From Pseudovirgaria hyperparasitica (lineage: Eukaryota): a stretch of 64,000 bases of DNA. Positions 1 to 13,577 of the stretch are shown piece by piece. How positions within the stretch are numbered: the first letter of the stretch is position 1; each line of letters opens with the position of its first letter. Location: assembly GCA_010093815.1 (NCBI GenBank), contig ML996576.1; one strand, 5' to 3'. The position numbers and the translations under genes were made by a program. The notes beneath the pieces were generated by a model, which was not told the origin of the DNA, ran no database searches, and saw only the letters and a program-made list of their open reading frames with translations.

Positions 1-388
1 TCTACTCTAGAGCTAGTTCTACTCTAGAGAAACGTCTATATAGTTATTCTAGAGCTACTTATACTCTAGATATATATCTATATATATTATAGATATTATT
101 ATATCTCTAATATAGAGATTATTATACTCTAGATTACCTCTATTCTAGAGTTATCTCTACTTCTACTCTAGAAGAACGTCTATATCTCTAGAGCTAGAGT
201 AGAATAAGATATATATCTTTCTTTTAAGAAGTCTAAGGGTATATAAAGAATTATTATATTATTATAAGCTAGTATAAGGCCTCAGCTCCGAGGGTTCTAT
301 AAGACTTATATATAATTAATATATTCTTTTATATCTTATAATATTAAAAGAAGATTATATATATTAGAGTCTATCTATCTAAGTAGAT

Positions 389-2511
389 ATAGATAACTCT
401 ATCTTTAAAATCCCTAAATTAAAGGGTAGTTCTAATTATAAACTATAGGCTCTAAGAATAGAATCTATTCTAACTAGAGAGAATTATTAAGACTTTATCT
501 ATAATAATATAGAATCTTATTCTAATATAGAAGACCAACCTTATATACTAGAGAATATAAGAAAAGCTACTTCTATTATTAGATTATCTCTAGAAGATAG
601 CCCTTTATTATAAACTAGTTCTATTAGTAATCCTTATATATTATAGAATACTTTAAAGAACTTATACTAGGCTACGGGTTTTAGCTCTAAATTTATACTC
701 TCCAAAGAGCTTATAAACCTTAGTATTAATTTCTATAAAGGAAACTTAGAAGACTATCTAAGTAATTTTAAGAGAATAGTAAATAGTCTAGAGTCTAAAG
801 CTATTAAACTTCCATCTAAGTTTCTTATAGCTCTATTATTAAATAATCTAAATAAAGATTATAAATATATTATAGCTCTTATTACCTAGAATATAAGAGT
901 TAATAATAATAGAGAAATAGATCTAGAACAAATTATTATTTAACTATTAGACGAGTCTAGACGTCTTAAATCTATTAGAGGTAATAAGAATTATAACTCT
1001 AATAGCTCTAAGAAATTAATAGACGTCGAAATGTCTAATAATACGTCTTCTAATAATAATAATAATAAGAAGACTAAATGTAGTTACTATAAAAAACTAG
1101 GACACCTAGAAAATACCTGTTTTAAAAAGCATCCTAAATTAAAAAAGAATAAGAAGAATAAGACTACTAAGTCTAGTAGTTCTATTAATAATAGTATAGA
1201 AGACGAATCTTTAGATAAAGAACAAGTCTTAAATACTAAAATTAATACTATTAAAAGTAATAATAGTATTAACTTTATTCTAGACTTAGGTGCTACTATC
1301 CATACATACTATATTAAAGAACTATTTATTAAAAATAGTATTAAACCTACTAATACTAGTATTAGATGGGGAAATACTAATAGTTCTATTATAGCTAAAT
1401 TTAGAGAAGATATTAAAGTCTATTTTAATAGTACTAAAGAACACGTAAATATTAAAGATGTATTATATACTCCAGAACTAGGTATTAACCTTCTTAGTCT
1501 AAGTCTAATTACTAAGAAAGGTTATACCCTCTCCTTTAATAAGGAAAATTGCTTTATTTATACCCCTAGTAGAAAATTACTAGCTAAGGGTATATATAAG
1601 NNNNNNNNNNNNNNNNNNNNNNNNNNNNNNNNNNNNNNNNNNNNNNNNNNNNNNNNNNNNNNNNNNNNNNNNNNNNNNNNNNNNNNNNNNNNNNNNNNNN
1701 NNNNNNNNNNNNNNNNNNNNNNNNNNNNNNNNNNNNNNNNNNNNNNNNNNNNNNNNNNNNNNNNNNNNNNNNNNNNNNNNNNNNNNNNNNNNNNNNNNNN
1801 NNNNNNNNNNNNNNNNNNNNNNNNNNNNNNNNNNNNNNNNNNNNNNNNNNNNNNNNNNNNNNNNNNNNNNNNNNNNNNNNNNNNNNNNNNNNNNNNNNNN
1901 NNNNNNNNNNNNNNNNNNNNNNNNNNNNNNNNNNNNNNNNNNNNNNNNNNNNNNNNNNNNNNNNNNNNNNNNNNNNNNNNNNNNNNNNNNNNNNNNNNNN
2001 NNNNNCTAGTAATACTTTAGGTTCTAAAATAGATCTAAAAGACTTAGATACTAGTAAAACTAGTCTAGATAACTACGAAATATATATTAAATCGAAACTT
2101 ACGTAGAATATATCTAAGACTCCTAGTACTAAAGTTAATAATTACTTAGATCTATTATATATAGATATAGATAGACCTATTAAACCTCTAACTTTTAGAG
2201 AATTTAAATATTATATTACTTTTAGAGATGCTTATACTAAGTATCTAGTAATAGTAATATTAAAAACTAGAGAGTCTATAGTAGATACTATAGAAGAGAT
2301 TATTAATAGTCTAGAAAGAGAAGCTATTAATAACTCTAGTAATAGCTCTAATTCTAAAAACCTTAATAATAATAAAGTTAAGGCTCTANNNNNNNNNNAA
2401 TTAAAATACGGCTCTAAGCCTAATATAGATAATATTAGAATATAGGGTTCTTTAACTTACTATAAAGAACCTAATTCTAAAAAATTAGATAGTAAAGCTA
2501 CTATTTACTAT
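389..2511 (+). mobile_element. RIP-degraded Ty1/Copia LTR retrotransposon fragment (gag, protease, pre-integrase, integrase), interrupted by N gaps and truncated at 2511
   Basis: Gag N-terminus (I/M)DNSIFKIPKLKGSSNYKL*ALR from ~389; zinc knuckle CSYYKKLGHLENTC (RIPped CX2CX4HX4C); protease FILDLGAT (DSGA-like); VLYTPELGINLLSL; integrase-like DLLYIDI..PI at ~2150; KKLDSKA at ~2480. The PR-then-INT order is Copia-type. Confidence 0.85.
1601..2005. other. Assembly gap (N run); a second 10-N gap lies at 2389-2398
   Basis: Runs of n in the sequence. Confidence 1.
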
Positions 2512-2883
2512 TGTAGTGAGCTATCGCTACGTGTGTCCCTTTTGTAAATGGCTGTGTTCCTAGTATAGTAGTCGCGACAAACTCACAAGTATCTCTCCCA
2601 GGTATTATAAGTTCTCTTTGAACGCACGACTTCTTATTAGTTCTCTTTTATAATAGGACGGGTCTATATAATACTCTTAATTAATTCTTTAATAGCTAAG
2701 CCTAATAATTAATACCTATAGAGGCCCATAAACATAAGGAAAGGTCGAATAGTCGAATATTAGTAATGGGGGAAGCGCGCCGAGCAGAATGACCAAGGAA
2801 AACGCCCTCCTTAAATATATAATGAAGCCATATAATCGAGCTAGAGACACATACATATAGGGCTATAGAAGCGGCCTTCTATA
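2512..2883 (-). repeat. 3' LTR of Gypsy A
   Basis: Colinear 372-bp match to 13578-13949; starts tgtagtgag. Confidence 0.93.
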
Positions 2884-3029
2884 TATACCTCCCCGGCCCA
2901 TAGAACTACTACTCTTAGTAGTATAGTAACCGTGTAAGAAACCGTGTGAAGAACGCCTAAAAGAAAGACCTTAATACGAATAAAATACGCCCCTAGTAAA
3001 CCTCTTAGTGCGGGTAAACCTTAGCCCGG

Positions 3030-3062
3030 ATTATTAGTTAAGGGTAGCCCTTAACTAATAAT
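3030..3062. repeat. Shared palindrome copy 1 (ATTATTAGTTAAGGG-tag-CCCTTAACTAATAAT)
   Basis: Perfect 15-bp inverted arms with a 3-nt spacer; just downstream of the Gypsy A extra ORF. Confidence 0.95.
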
Positions 3063-3087
3063 TAGGTAGGTTTTTAGGCGCCTAATC

Positions 3088-6015
3088 TTAGTACTCGAGG
3101 TCGTGAGCCAGCTCCTAAAGAATTATATCGCTTATCTTAGAGAGGTTAGATTCCTCCTTATCGGATAGTTCGTTAGGCCTCTCCTATCTATAGAAGTTCT
3201 CTTCGACGTTATCTAGGCCTACGTCGGACTCGAATTTCTTAAAATTAATTAGCCGCTTAGCGGCGCGCGCCTCGTTAAATTCCTTCTAGAACGACCTATC
3301 CCTATAGACTAGCCTTTCCTACCTTACCATTTTCTTAAAGGTCTCTATGAATACCCTCGAGCCCTCCTTAAACCAGGCGTCTACCTTAGCTTTAAGTTAT
3401 TAAGGACTTATATTAAGCCACGTAGCTGCCTCTTCTTTTATCTCCTAGCTATCCTATCTTTTACGGCCGACTAATGCGTTACTAACGGCGTTAAAACTCG
3501 GGAGTTAAACTACGGCTAGGAAGGCAAAAGGAATCGCGCTATATTTATTAGAAAATCCCGACGGAGACGTGGGTCCTAGAGTTAAATTCCTATAAGCTAC
3601 TACGAGTTATTCCCATATACCTATTTTAGGTACTTCTATTATTATATAATTAGGGCCAATCGCGATATACCATAGAAGTATTATACGTCTTCCACCCTTT
3701 ACGGGACCCTAGGCGCCGTATATTATTAGTAGGCTAGAGATGCGTACTTTAAGGGACTAGTAGGGGACCGGGACGAAGGGACTAAATCGTTTCTTATCGT
3801 CCGTATTATAGATCTTATCATTAATAGCCGTGATTATACCGTTTCGATTAACCCCCTCGCGGAGCTTAGCCTTTAACTACTATTTATTTAAGAACTTATA
3901 GAAGCGGGGAACGATTATAGTATAGTCATTACTTCGTTCGTCGTCAAGACTAATACTCCCCTAGATTATATTAAACCCGTGTCTATCGCTAGGATCGAGG
4001 ATTCGATTAATGGCGTTATCGAGATGCTTAAAACCCGTCTTATCGCCCCTATCCTAGGACTTCGCATAGTATAGGTACGAGATTAGATAGTAGTTAAGAT
4101 CGGGCCGAAGAGTAATATAGGTGAGCTAGTAAAGTAGGCATTACCTAATAAACTATTAGATATAGGAGTGGTATATAGTTCGTAGCCAGCCGTAGTTCGA
4201 TTTCTTATTAAACATACGCTAGTAGTACTTATATATATTAAATTCATCCCTCGCGAGTTCTAGGATACTCTTATTAAGTATAGAGGTCGTCTTTTTAAGT
4301 AGCTCGAAGAGCTCTTTAATGTTAATACTTCTAGTACATTCCCACTCGTCGAAGAGTTATCTACCTATTCTACTATCCTCCTTCTAAATTATAAATGCGA
4401 TACTAGTAAGAATGGTTTTAATATTAATAACTTACTTCGGGGTCTCTAGGGCCTAGTAACGATAGATATCTAATGCCTCTATCGGATAAGGTAGCCGCGC
4501 GTACTTCGCGAACTAGGTATAGCGGTCCTTATAAACTTTAAGGGCCCCTACATTATCTCTAAACTTATATACCATTTTAAGTCTCGCTACTAGGTTTAAG
4601 TAGGACACGCTAACGAGCATATTATTCTTTCTAGCCACGTCTTAGTAATGCTTATAGTAGACATTATATAGAATAGCCATGTTACCTATCTACGCTTTCT
4701 AGCGCACTAGTAGAGCTATTCCCTTAATGCTCGTGAAATTCTTCTTTAATAATATAGCTACCTTAAAAGTCTTCGTCACTAAAGGCGCGTATTAACACTT
4801 CTTAGGCTCGTCCTCTTCCTTAACCGATACTATTATCTTAGGGTATAAACTAAGAATAACCGGGGATTATCGTATAGGCGCCCCTAGTAATTACTAAGGG
4901 CCGGTAGATAAGGTACGTCCGCGAGTAGGTTTTATTAGCGTAGCTATAATAGATACTAAAGAGGTTCTCGCATGGCCCGGTAAGGGATATATACTAGTAG
5001 TAGTAGAAGGAATACTTACTTCAAACGGACGACTAGCTTTAAAGAGATAACGTACTACTAAACTAGGAGGCGTGCTTCGTGGAGGGGACTTTACCATAGG
5101 CGTTACCTACGCTAGTTTTAGCGATGGTAAGGTCTAAGGCGGAGGCGATACACTCATCTCTTTAATTTATAGGTAGTATTTAACGGGCCTATAAACTATT
5201 CTACTTATCCGTGACTATTAACTAGCGGGGATAATAAGTCCCGTCTTATTATAGAACGTTAGTTCATTTTATCGGCTAGGGTAGTTCGAGAGTTACTAGA
5301 GAGATAGACCGTTCTCGTTACTATCGCTAGCTAGGGTAGTATCGATATTAGAGCTCTAAAGATATACCTTAATTCCCCTTCCCTTCTATCCCTAGCCGAT
5401 TCGGGACTATAGAGATACATTTAACTAGTTCCTTACTCTCGCCCATGTCCGTATTCATGAGAGCGCTACTAGCTTTTCTATAAAGTTCTATATTTACTAG
5501 AGCTATCCGAGGGCGGATTAGAGTAACTAGCCGTCGTTATTAGGGAGGTCTTTTCGCTAGTTTTATAGAATTATATTTTTAGCTTTTAGGATGCGGGAGT
5601 TAGTATCTCTTCCACGACGAATTATCTCGTGGACTTCTTTCGGAATAGAGGAGTTAATCTTTACCTTACTATACCCTATTACGGCTCCTACTTCCTAGAA
5701 GAGGTTAACTATACTACTTAAGAGCTATTCTATAAGGCTAGTAATATAAAGGAGATTATTAAACGTGTCTAGAATATAGTCCTATCGCTCTTACGGGTCC
5801 TAGATAGCGATAATTCGGTTAATAGTGGACTTATTTACTTCCGTAGCTTCTATAGCCTATCCGTACGGAGTAGTAGATAGCCTCGATACTATAATAGCCG
5901 TTAATAGCCCTACTTTAGTACTTATAACTCTTAACTAGAACCGCGTCTATCTTATTAGTACTTAACGATCTTATAACTCTTTACGGGTAGGCGTTTTCTT
6001 TTTCGGCGGGGCTAT
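3088..6015 (-). pseudogene. RIP-disrupted accessory ORF of Gypsy A (~975 codons); C-terminal half resembles a PhyH-like 2OG-Fe(II) dioxygenase
   Basis: The segments translated (about 6015-5365 and 4500-3088) share one frame starting (M)APPKKKTPTRKEL; stops are mostly TAG/TAA, explainable as RIPped CAG/CAA/TGG. Motifs: GWLRTIYHSYI**FIR*, ISYLYYAKS, FKHLD (4018-4026), NII*GSISLDDE, TIIVPRFY, IIYGA, RR. End position approximate. Confidence 0.75.
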
Positions 6016-6236
6016 TATTATTATCGGTTCTATTAGCGAGTTACGTTCTAAGAAGAGGTGGTTAAGCGAGGCGGAAGTAGAGGAGAAGGTTTTATTAATT
6101 AAGGAGGTATAGAGAGGTATAAGAGGGAAGAGTTATATACTATCTTAAGTTCTCTTTTATGCCTCCTCGAATGCCGGGTATATAGTAATTTTTATAAATA
6201 ATCCTTACTAACGGCCGTAGGCCCGTATACGTGTCG

Positions 6237-6337
6237 AATCTATAAATAAATATATACTAGGTATATAGGAAATCTATGAATGAATGTGTCTACCGGGTAT
6301 ATAGCAGAATCTATAAATAAATAGATACCGGGTATAT
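6237..6337. repeat. Short degenerate tandem repeats (~35 bp unit, aatctat(a/g)aat(a/g)aat...ccgggtatat) in the pol / accessory-ORF spacer; another 2x26 bp repeat at ~6588-6640
   Basis: Repeated units visible directly. Confidence 0.6.
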
Positions 6338-9300
6338 TCTTATCCTTATAAGACTTCCTATAAGTATCTTTTTCTCCTATACCTTCTTCTTCTTTTCTTC
6401 CTTATTAGTTTCTAATAGGGCCCGTTCTATAGTAACGAAATAGGCCTTTAATAGGTAGGCTTCGATTACACGACCGGCTTTAATATATGGTAGGTGGAAT
6501 TCGCGTAAACGCCATTATATCTTCTTTTAAGCATTACTTACTTTAATAATAAGTTTTATTATTTTATAGTAATAATAGGGTTTATTATCCTCTTTCGATA
6601 ATGGAGTTCATCGTCCTTTTTCGATAATAGAGTTCATTGTTATAAGACTACTTTTATAAGTATCCCTTCCCTCCTTAAAAAAACTTCTATCCCCTAGAAG
6701 GAGATATCGATTCTAGGGAAACGTAAATATTCTTCTCTATTAAAGTCTTGCGGAGTAGGAATTACCACTTCTACCCTAGTTCGTGTAGCGTCGTCGAGGT
6801 ATTCCGTGAGTTATTTATAATAGTTTTCCTTATTACTACTCTCCTTATTTTCCTTAGTAATTCTTCCGATTAGTAGTCGTGAGGGCTCGTCGTAACTCTC
6901 GTTACTTATATTTCTTATAAAATATTTCTTTAACCTATAGCTAGGAAACGTCCCTCTAAGCATGGCTCTATTAAGCTCCGCGAGCTTATAAGTATAATTA
7001 AACACGGACTGGATTCTATATAGCCCCCTCTAATGCTATCTTAGCTTCCGCCCTATATCCTTCTATCGCTACGAGTCGTATAGGAGGATAATTATATTAA
7101 CTAGTAACGACTCTTAACGAAGGTAATAGTCGTTATTCTATGTCTCTCTCGATTCCTTACGCGTTCGTGTCGCGTAGGTATAGGCCTCCTTAAGATCCTC
7201 GGATCTTCTCTTAAGTTATCTAGCTCGAAGAGCGAGTAAGTCGGATATCGATTACACCTCGTCCTAAGGGAGTATTTAGAGCGACTCGAATTCGACTTCA
7301 ATAGGCATGATTAGTTTATGGCCGAGCACGAGGTATACGGTACTATACCCTATACTAGCACGTGTTATTATTCTATCTACCTAGACGACCGTATAGAGGT
7401 AGCCGGGCTAGTTCTTAAATCCGCCATTAGTTATCTTCGCGAGAGTATTAGCGAGTAGTATAAAACTTCTCTCGATAATTCTATTTACTTAGGGATTATA
7501 CGTAGACGTAACCTTCTAATAAATTCTATAGAGTCGGAGGAGCTTCTCTATAGCACCTATATTTTCTCTACTACCGTTATAGATGATTTTAGGAATAATT
7601 CTATATCTATAGATCACGTTCTTAAAGAGGAACTTTACAATGACTATAGACGTAGCCGCCGTACATGCCTCTACCTTAGTCTATCCGCTTAGCTATTCTC
7701 GTATAGATACTACTTTACTATACTCTATAGAAGGTAGTAGCGTCGTTACGTCTAAGTATATTCTTTACTAAAGAATAGGCGTTATAACGTGGTAGAGCCC
7801 TTTATTAAGATCTCCGAGGAGTTTACTTCGTTATTAATATTTATTATAGGTTTTCACGTGCTATCGCACGTCTCTACGTATATCTACCTACTAATACTTA
7901 TCCTTAATCCTTCTAAGGGTCCCTTCGCTATCTCTATAATCTATCTTATCGTGAGTGGCGGTAATTATACACGCCCTAGTATTCGGATCCTTAATTACTC
8001 GTGTATATTAGCGATGCCTATCTCCTCTCCGCTAGAGTATTTAGTTATATATAAGAAGCTTTAGGTAGTCGGTTATAAAGGCCTTATACGCTTGGTTGGT
8101 TAGGTTAGTTAGCCTCTCGAGTGTAGTAAGGTACTTTATAATCCTCTACTATTTATTACTATATTCATCTATTAAGGGAGACTTAATAGCGATATAGTCG
8201 AGTATCCCTATTATATAATCTCTCCCGCTAACGGGCTTAATTAACGACGTCTCTAGTACGTCTATATATAGAGCTATATCCACGAACTCGTCTAGGTTAA
8301 AGGTAGGGACGTCTAGTAGTTCTTCTCCTCCGTATATCCGTAAGATACCGTTAGCGACTACGTTACACTTCCTAGGTACGTGCCTAACTATAAAGTTCTA
8401 TAGCTAAATCCACGCGAGCTACCTAGTAACGAGCGCCCCTAGTAAGTTAGTTACGGTACGGTTAATTTAAGCGACTAGAGTATTTACGTCTATTTCTATA
8501 ATAAAGTACGTGCTATAGAGGTATTACTAGAACTTCTATAACGCGTGGAGGAGGGCTTAGTACTCTAGCTTCACGGTGTCATAGTTTCTCTTAGCTTTTA
8601 ACTATATTCCTCTATTATACTACGATAGCTAATATTTACGATCCTTATTCTCCTATATTAACGTAGCTCCCTACCTAACGTTACTAGAGTCTACTACTAG
8701 GATTATATCTCCTATATCTATCCTATACTATAACGTTATTAGTACGGGAGTAGTAGTTAGAGCTATCTTTAGCGCGTCCATCGAGGTCTACTCCTTAGCT
8801 ATCTACTACTAGGCCGATTTATTCTTTAATAGTATAAATAGCGGCGATGCGATAATAGCGTACCCGGGGATCTATATCCGGAAATATATATAAATGCTAA
8901 GGAAGGCTCGTACATTCGTCGTGTTTTCGTAGGGTTTCTAGTCCCTAATAGTAGTAACCTTTTTATTACTCGGTCGCCTCCCTTTAATGTCGCAGACGTA
9001 TCCTATAACGTTAGCGGCTTTAACACACTACTAAGTCTTCTTACTACTTAGGGCGCATCCGGCGCGCTCTATATCCGCGAGAACCTTATCCACGTTAATT
9101 AAATATTCTAGAATATACCTACGAATTCTAGGTAGGGCCTCCTTAGAGTTATATTTCGTCATGGGTCCTTTAATACCTAAGTCATCTAGGAATGGCAGAG
9201 CCCTCTCCGGGATATATTCTTATATAATAGTTAATATAATCCTAACGAACTAAGCTACTAAATTAGTGGCCCCTTAAGGTAATATTATCCCGTGTAGTAA

Positions 9301-10326
9301 TGCTAGGGGCGTTATAAACCCCGTTAAGTCTCGGTAATGCTCTACTAATAGAATCTAATTATATCCTAAGAAGAAGTCGGTAAACGTTAAGACGGCTATC
9401 CCCGTAAAGTACTCCGAGAACTCTTTATACGAGGGCGGCGTGGCCGTATTATGAATAGTAACTCGGTTGATTTCTATTACCGAATTAATTAACCTATAAT
9501 CTCGTTCCTTATTAGCTTCCTTCTTCTTTTCCATGAGAAAATAGGTATTTTAATAAGGACTACTATAGGGCTCGAGCCTTCTACTATTAAGACGCTCTTT
9601 TAGAATCGTAAGTACCTTCCTATAAAGGGCTCTAGGAATATTAAAGTTCTTAGCCTACTATACCTTATGTTCTACCGTTCGGATCTCCTACGGAGGTGCT
9701 ACCTCTTTATTAAATTTACTAAGGTATAAGAATTCCCATGCTAGTGCTTCCTCGCGATATAATAAGATTATATATAGTAACTTAAGTTCTACGGGACGTA
9801 GCTCCATTCTAATCTTTAGCTAACTTATATATAGAGGCGTTAGACGTGTTCCTAGCGGGATAGTTACCCTTTAAGGCTCTATTAGTCTATTAAACGCGTT
9901 AAGGTCTAGATAGACGGCTAGAAGAAGTACCTACCGTGCGATTACTCGTTTACGCTAGTCTAGATACCCTAATAGATTCCTAGGAACCTTTCGGTGGGCT
10001 TCGGAGTCATCCACGGGGTGTACTTTAACTCCCTTTCTTTTATATATGGTAGCTATACTAAATCCCTTTAATACCCCGGATGAATACCGTCTTTAGAGGC
10101 CGGTAGAGCCTACTATAAGCCGTTCTATTATCGTGCCTTATTTATATATAAAGGTAGCGTACCTTACCGCTATAACTAGAGCGGCTAAGTTATCTTTTCT
10201 CGATAACCGAGTAACATTTTTAGGCCGGATTTTCTCGGAAAGTAACTCTATATAACTTATTTCTATATCCGTATAAAAATATAGCCTATCCCCTTCATTA
10301 GTAGGTTTACCGGACCCTATTTAGTA

Positions 10327-10365
10327 CGGATTATTAGTTAAGGGTAGCCCTTAACTAATAATCCG
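10327..10365. repeat. Shared palindrome copy 2 (18-bp arms), between protease and RT of Gypsy A
   Basis: CGGATTATTAGTTAAGGG-tag-CCCTTAACTAATAATCCG. Confidence 0.95.
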
Positions 10366-13048
10366 GCTTAACTCCGGCTTCCGGCGACATACTCCGCTAT
10401 ATAGTTAGTCTCTAGCTATAGAGTTACCCTCCTTCTCTAAGACTAGAATATACTTATCCGGACTAGTTTCGAAGGTTATATATTCTTATCTATATATAGA
10501 GTAGACTATTAAGAGTACTTACCCGGAGGCTAACCTCTATACTATAAGTAAGGCCTATCTAGTATATAGCTCCCCTAGGATAAGGTTATAATTAAGTTCG
10601 CTATACACGAATATCGAAGTAGCTATAATAATCCGACCTATGCGGATAGGGTATTACTATACTATTCCTACGAATAGAGTACTATACTAAGTAGTACTAA
10701 CTAAACTCGAGTTCTTTATATATAGTAGAAGTAAAGATATTACTAGCCTAAGACGCCTCATAGTATCTAGTCGAATACTATTTACCTATACGCTACTATC
10801 AAATAGTACTATACTAGTCGCCCTTTTAGAACTAACTTCTATAGGGTACCTTAGACACTTAGCTACTAGCCTTACTATCCCTTCCTTAAGCTAATTAATA
10901 TCTTATTACGTAATAGCCGTCCCTATAGTATAGAGGGGTACTAATATATTAACTTTATTTATCTTAGGAGCCATAGTATAGTTATTTCTTCCTTTCTTCT
11001 CGGCTCTCTCTTCTTAAGTCTTATAGACCTCTCTAGCTATAAAGTTAGGGGCGCCCTTCTCAAACACCATATAATATAAGTTACTATTAAGGCTTAATAG
11101 TTTACTAATAGTAATGTTTATAGTTATCTCTAGAACGCGCACTAGCTATACTTCGCTAGCTTCTATACTTAGCCACTATCCTTCGCGTAGATAGTTATTA
11201 AGCTTAACGCCTTAGATATGTACCTTTTAACTAGGATTTAGGCTATCCCCTTTATCTATCTTATCCTCCGGCGCTATTAGCTCTTATTTAGATATTCTCT
11301 AGTCGCTACTCTTCTCGCCGTCCTCCTATTCCTCAATAATCCTTATATACTACCCTTCACGCATTCCGCGGAGGCGGGCGATCTTTCTTTCCTTAGTATA
11401 ATTAGATATACTCTTCATAATCCCCCTTCTAGATATTACAAGTATAGCGGGCTCTTCTAGGGCTATCTCCTTATAGATATATCTATTACTAGCCACGTCG
11501 AAGCGTTCGTAGAATTCTATATATCTATCTTTCTTACTCTCGGGCGATATAACTTCTTCTTCCGAATCGCTATCCGCTAAGGCCTAGTAGGGACCCTTCG
11601 TAGGTTTTATACTAATACTATATACCGGCACTCTCTATAAAGCGTTAATATTTACTATAGACGTAGAAACCTTTACTCCTCCTCCGTACTAGCTTAGACC
11701 GTTTTAAACCGTTACTACGTAGTTCCGGATAGCTTATAGAGTAGCTTATAGCCCTACCGAGGAGGGTAGTAATGGGATTTCTTCTCTGTTCGCCCCGAAA
11801 CGCCCTTAGAATACTCGTACCCCGTTAATATTTAGTAATCCGTCTCTAATATATCCTACTATCTCCGGATATCTATATATTAGGTGATCTCCTCCGTACG
11901 TGATATACACGATCGGTCTTCGAGGTCTATTCTAGGCTATAACGCCTCCTTAGAAGTCTCGGGTAGAGACGTATTCTCTATTCTATGTATAATTCTATGG
12001 ATAAACTTACGTTAGTTCTATGGGCATGCCTCATACTTAGAGATATACTAAAAGATTTAGCCTTCGCGCCTACTAGTTAATAATAGCCGAAAGTAGCTTA
12101 GGTTCGTACTTCTTAAGGGATAGGAATAAGAGATTAGAGGTAAAGTAGGACTTTATCTTAATTAACGTAAGGTCTAGTTTACTAAATCTCTCTACTATCT
12201 CGTTAAACTTATCCGATTCTAGCGCGACGTGTACTACGACTAGAGAGGGGTGGTTAAATTCATTAGTTCTTCTTTCTTCATATAACTACTCTTCTAAGCC
12301 GGTCTTCCTACTCCCTATCTTTAATTTATAGTATATAGCTATGGCTAGCTCTTATACGGCTAAGTACTTATTAATATAAGCTAGTTCCTTAAGTACTCTA
12401 GCCTTTCATAATACAAAGCCATAGATAATTACCTAGTTATAACTATGTACTTCCATCGTGAGTTAACATTTCTCTATAGCCCGAGCCTTAAGACTATTAG
12501 GCAGCCCTTCTAGAAAGAGCTCTATTCGCGAATACAAGCTTAGGCTTCCTTTAGCCATAAGTTTCTCCATAATAATATAATACCAGGAGTAGTACATAGA
12601 GAGAGAGTAGAATGGCTCTACTTTAACCATTTCCACGTATTTTCGGACAAAGTAGATGGTGCCTTCCTCGAGGGCAGAGTTAAATAGAGAGAATTCCTTT
12701 AATAATTCTTCACGTAGCGTGGCCTACTACTATTTCTAAAACCTACTTATTCCTTTAATGGTAGGACGGAGATAGTCCTCGTAGTATAACAGTAGGGAGG
12801 TTATCTTCTTATTAGGCGGAACTTCATAGTTTATATACATGTCCTCGTACTTCCAAAGAAAGACCGTAATGTTTATTCCTTTAAAGCGCTTAGGGGCTAG
12901 GGTAGATAGAGATACTATCCTTCCTTATCGCGCAAATGCTACGAAGAAGTTAAGTATCTCTCTACGAGTTAATAGGTCGTTGTTTTAAGCTCCTATTACA
13001 CCATTACTAGTAGTAGGTGTACTAGTAGAGACGCTGGGGGTAAGGTTA

Positions 13049-13073
13049 TTAGTTAAGGGATTACCTTAACTAA
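13049..13073. repeat. Shared palindrome copy 3 (degenerate), near the gag start of Gypsy A
   Basis: TTAGTTAAGG-gatta-CCTTAACTAA. Confidence 0.8.
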
Positions 13074-13577
13074 AGGTTAGCCCAATGCGTCTACCTATAA
13101 CACCTATCATCCCTTCTCTATATTAACTAATCCCTTTATAAGGTAAACTATTACTATCGTCTTCATCGATATAAGGTTCACAGTATCCTACTTATATTAT
13201 TATCTTCATATAAGGCGTTCCTAAAGTAGTATACTCATATAGCCGTGTTTATAAATAACAGCTATAGTAGCACTAAACAGGTTATATTTATCGTTTTTAA
13301 ACTCTTCTTTACTACTTCATCTAGCCCTATTTTATATCCTATTCCCCTAAGACATTTTCGAGTCGCGCTATCACCCGTATTAGCATACGCATGCTTTTTA
13401 CAGCTACTTTTAAGAGACTAGCCCCTAGTAACTCCAGACTCCCTGTTTTCCGGACTCGTGGCTTCGATCTAGTAAGTCTAGACTACCTTATTAGGCACGC
13501 TATATACTTCCCCTAAGCTAGTTTCGGAGTCCTAATCTCCCCCTATAAGTTTATAGTCCGGGTATAACCTCTAAAAT

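Larger units (their letters stand above)
6811..13114 (-). pseudogene. gag-pol of Gypsy A (RIP-disrupted)
   Basis: Gag PKRFKGINITVFLWKYED (~12850-12900); knuckle YITYGGDHLIYRY (de-RIP CITCGGDH..C, ~11870-11910); protease LFDSS (~10800); RT TDFFLGY (~9365-9385), LP*GATNLVA*FVR (~9245-9285), LPFLDDLGIKGP (~9165-9200); integrase core at ~7350-7760. Ends approximate. Confidence 0.88.

Noticed and set aside
1..230. Degenerate ctctagag-rich repeats as a satellite or telomere
   Set aside because: Consistent with RIPped low-complexity TE sequence; no TTAGGG array or regular period.
1031..2020. 329-aa ORF as an intact gene
   Set aside because: It is a RIPped Copia gag/protease segment, and 40% of its length is an N gap.
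13540..13577. tRNA primer-binding site of Gypsy A
   Set aside because: No clear TGG-starting tRNA complement is recognisable after RIP.
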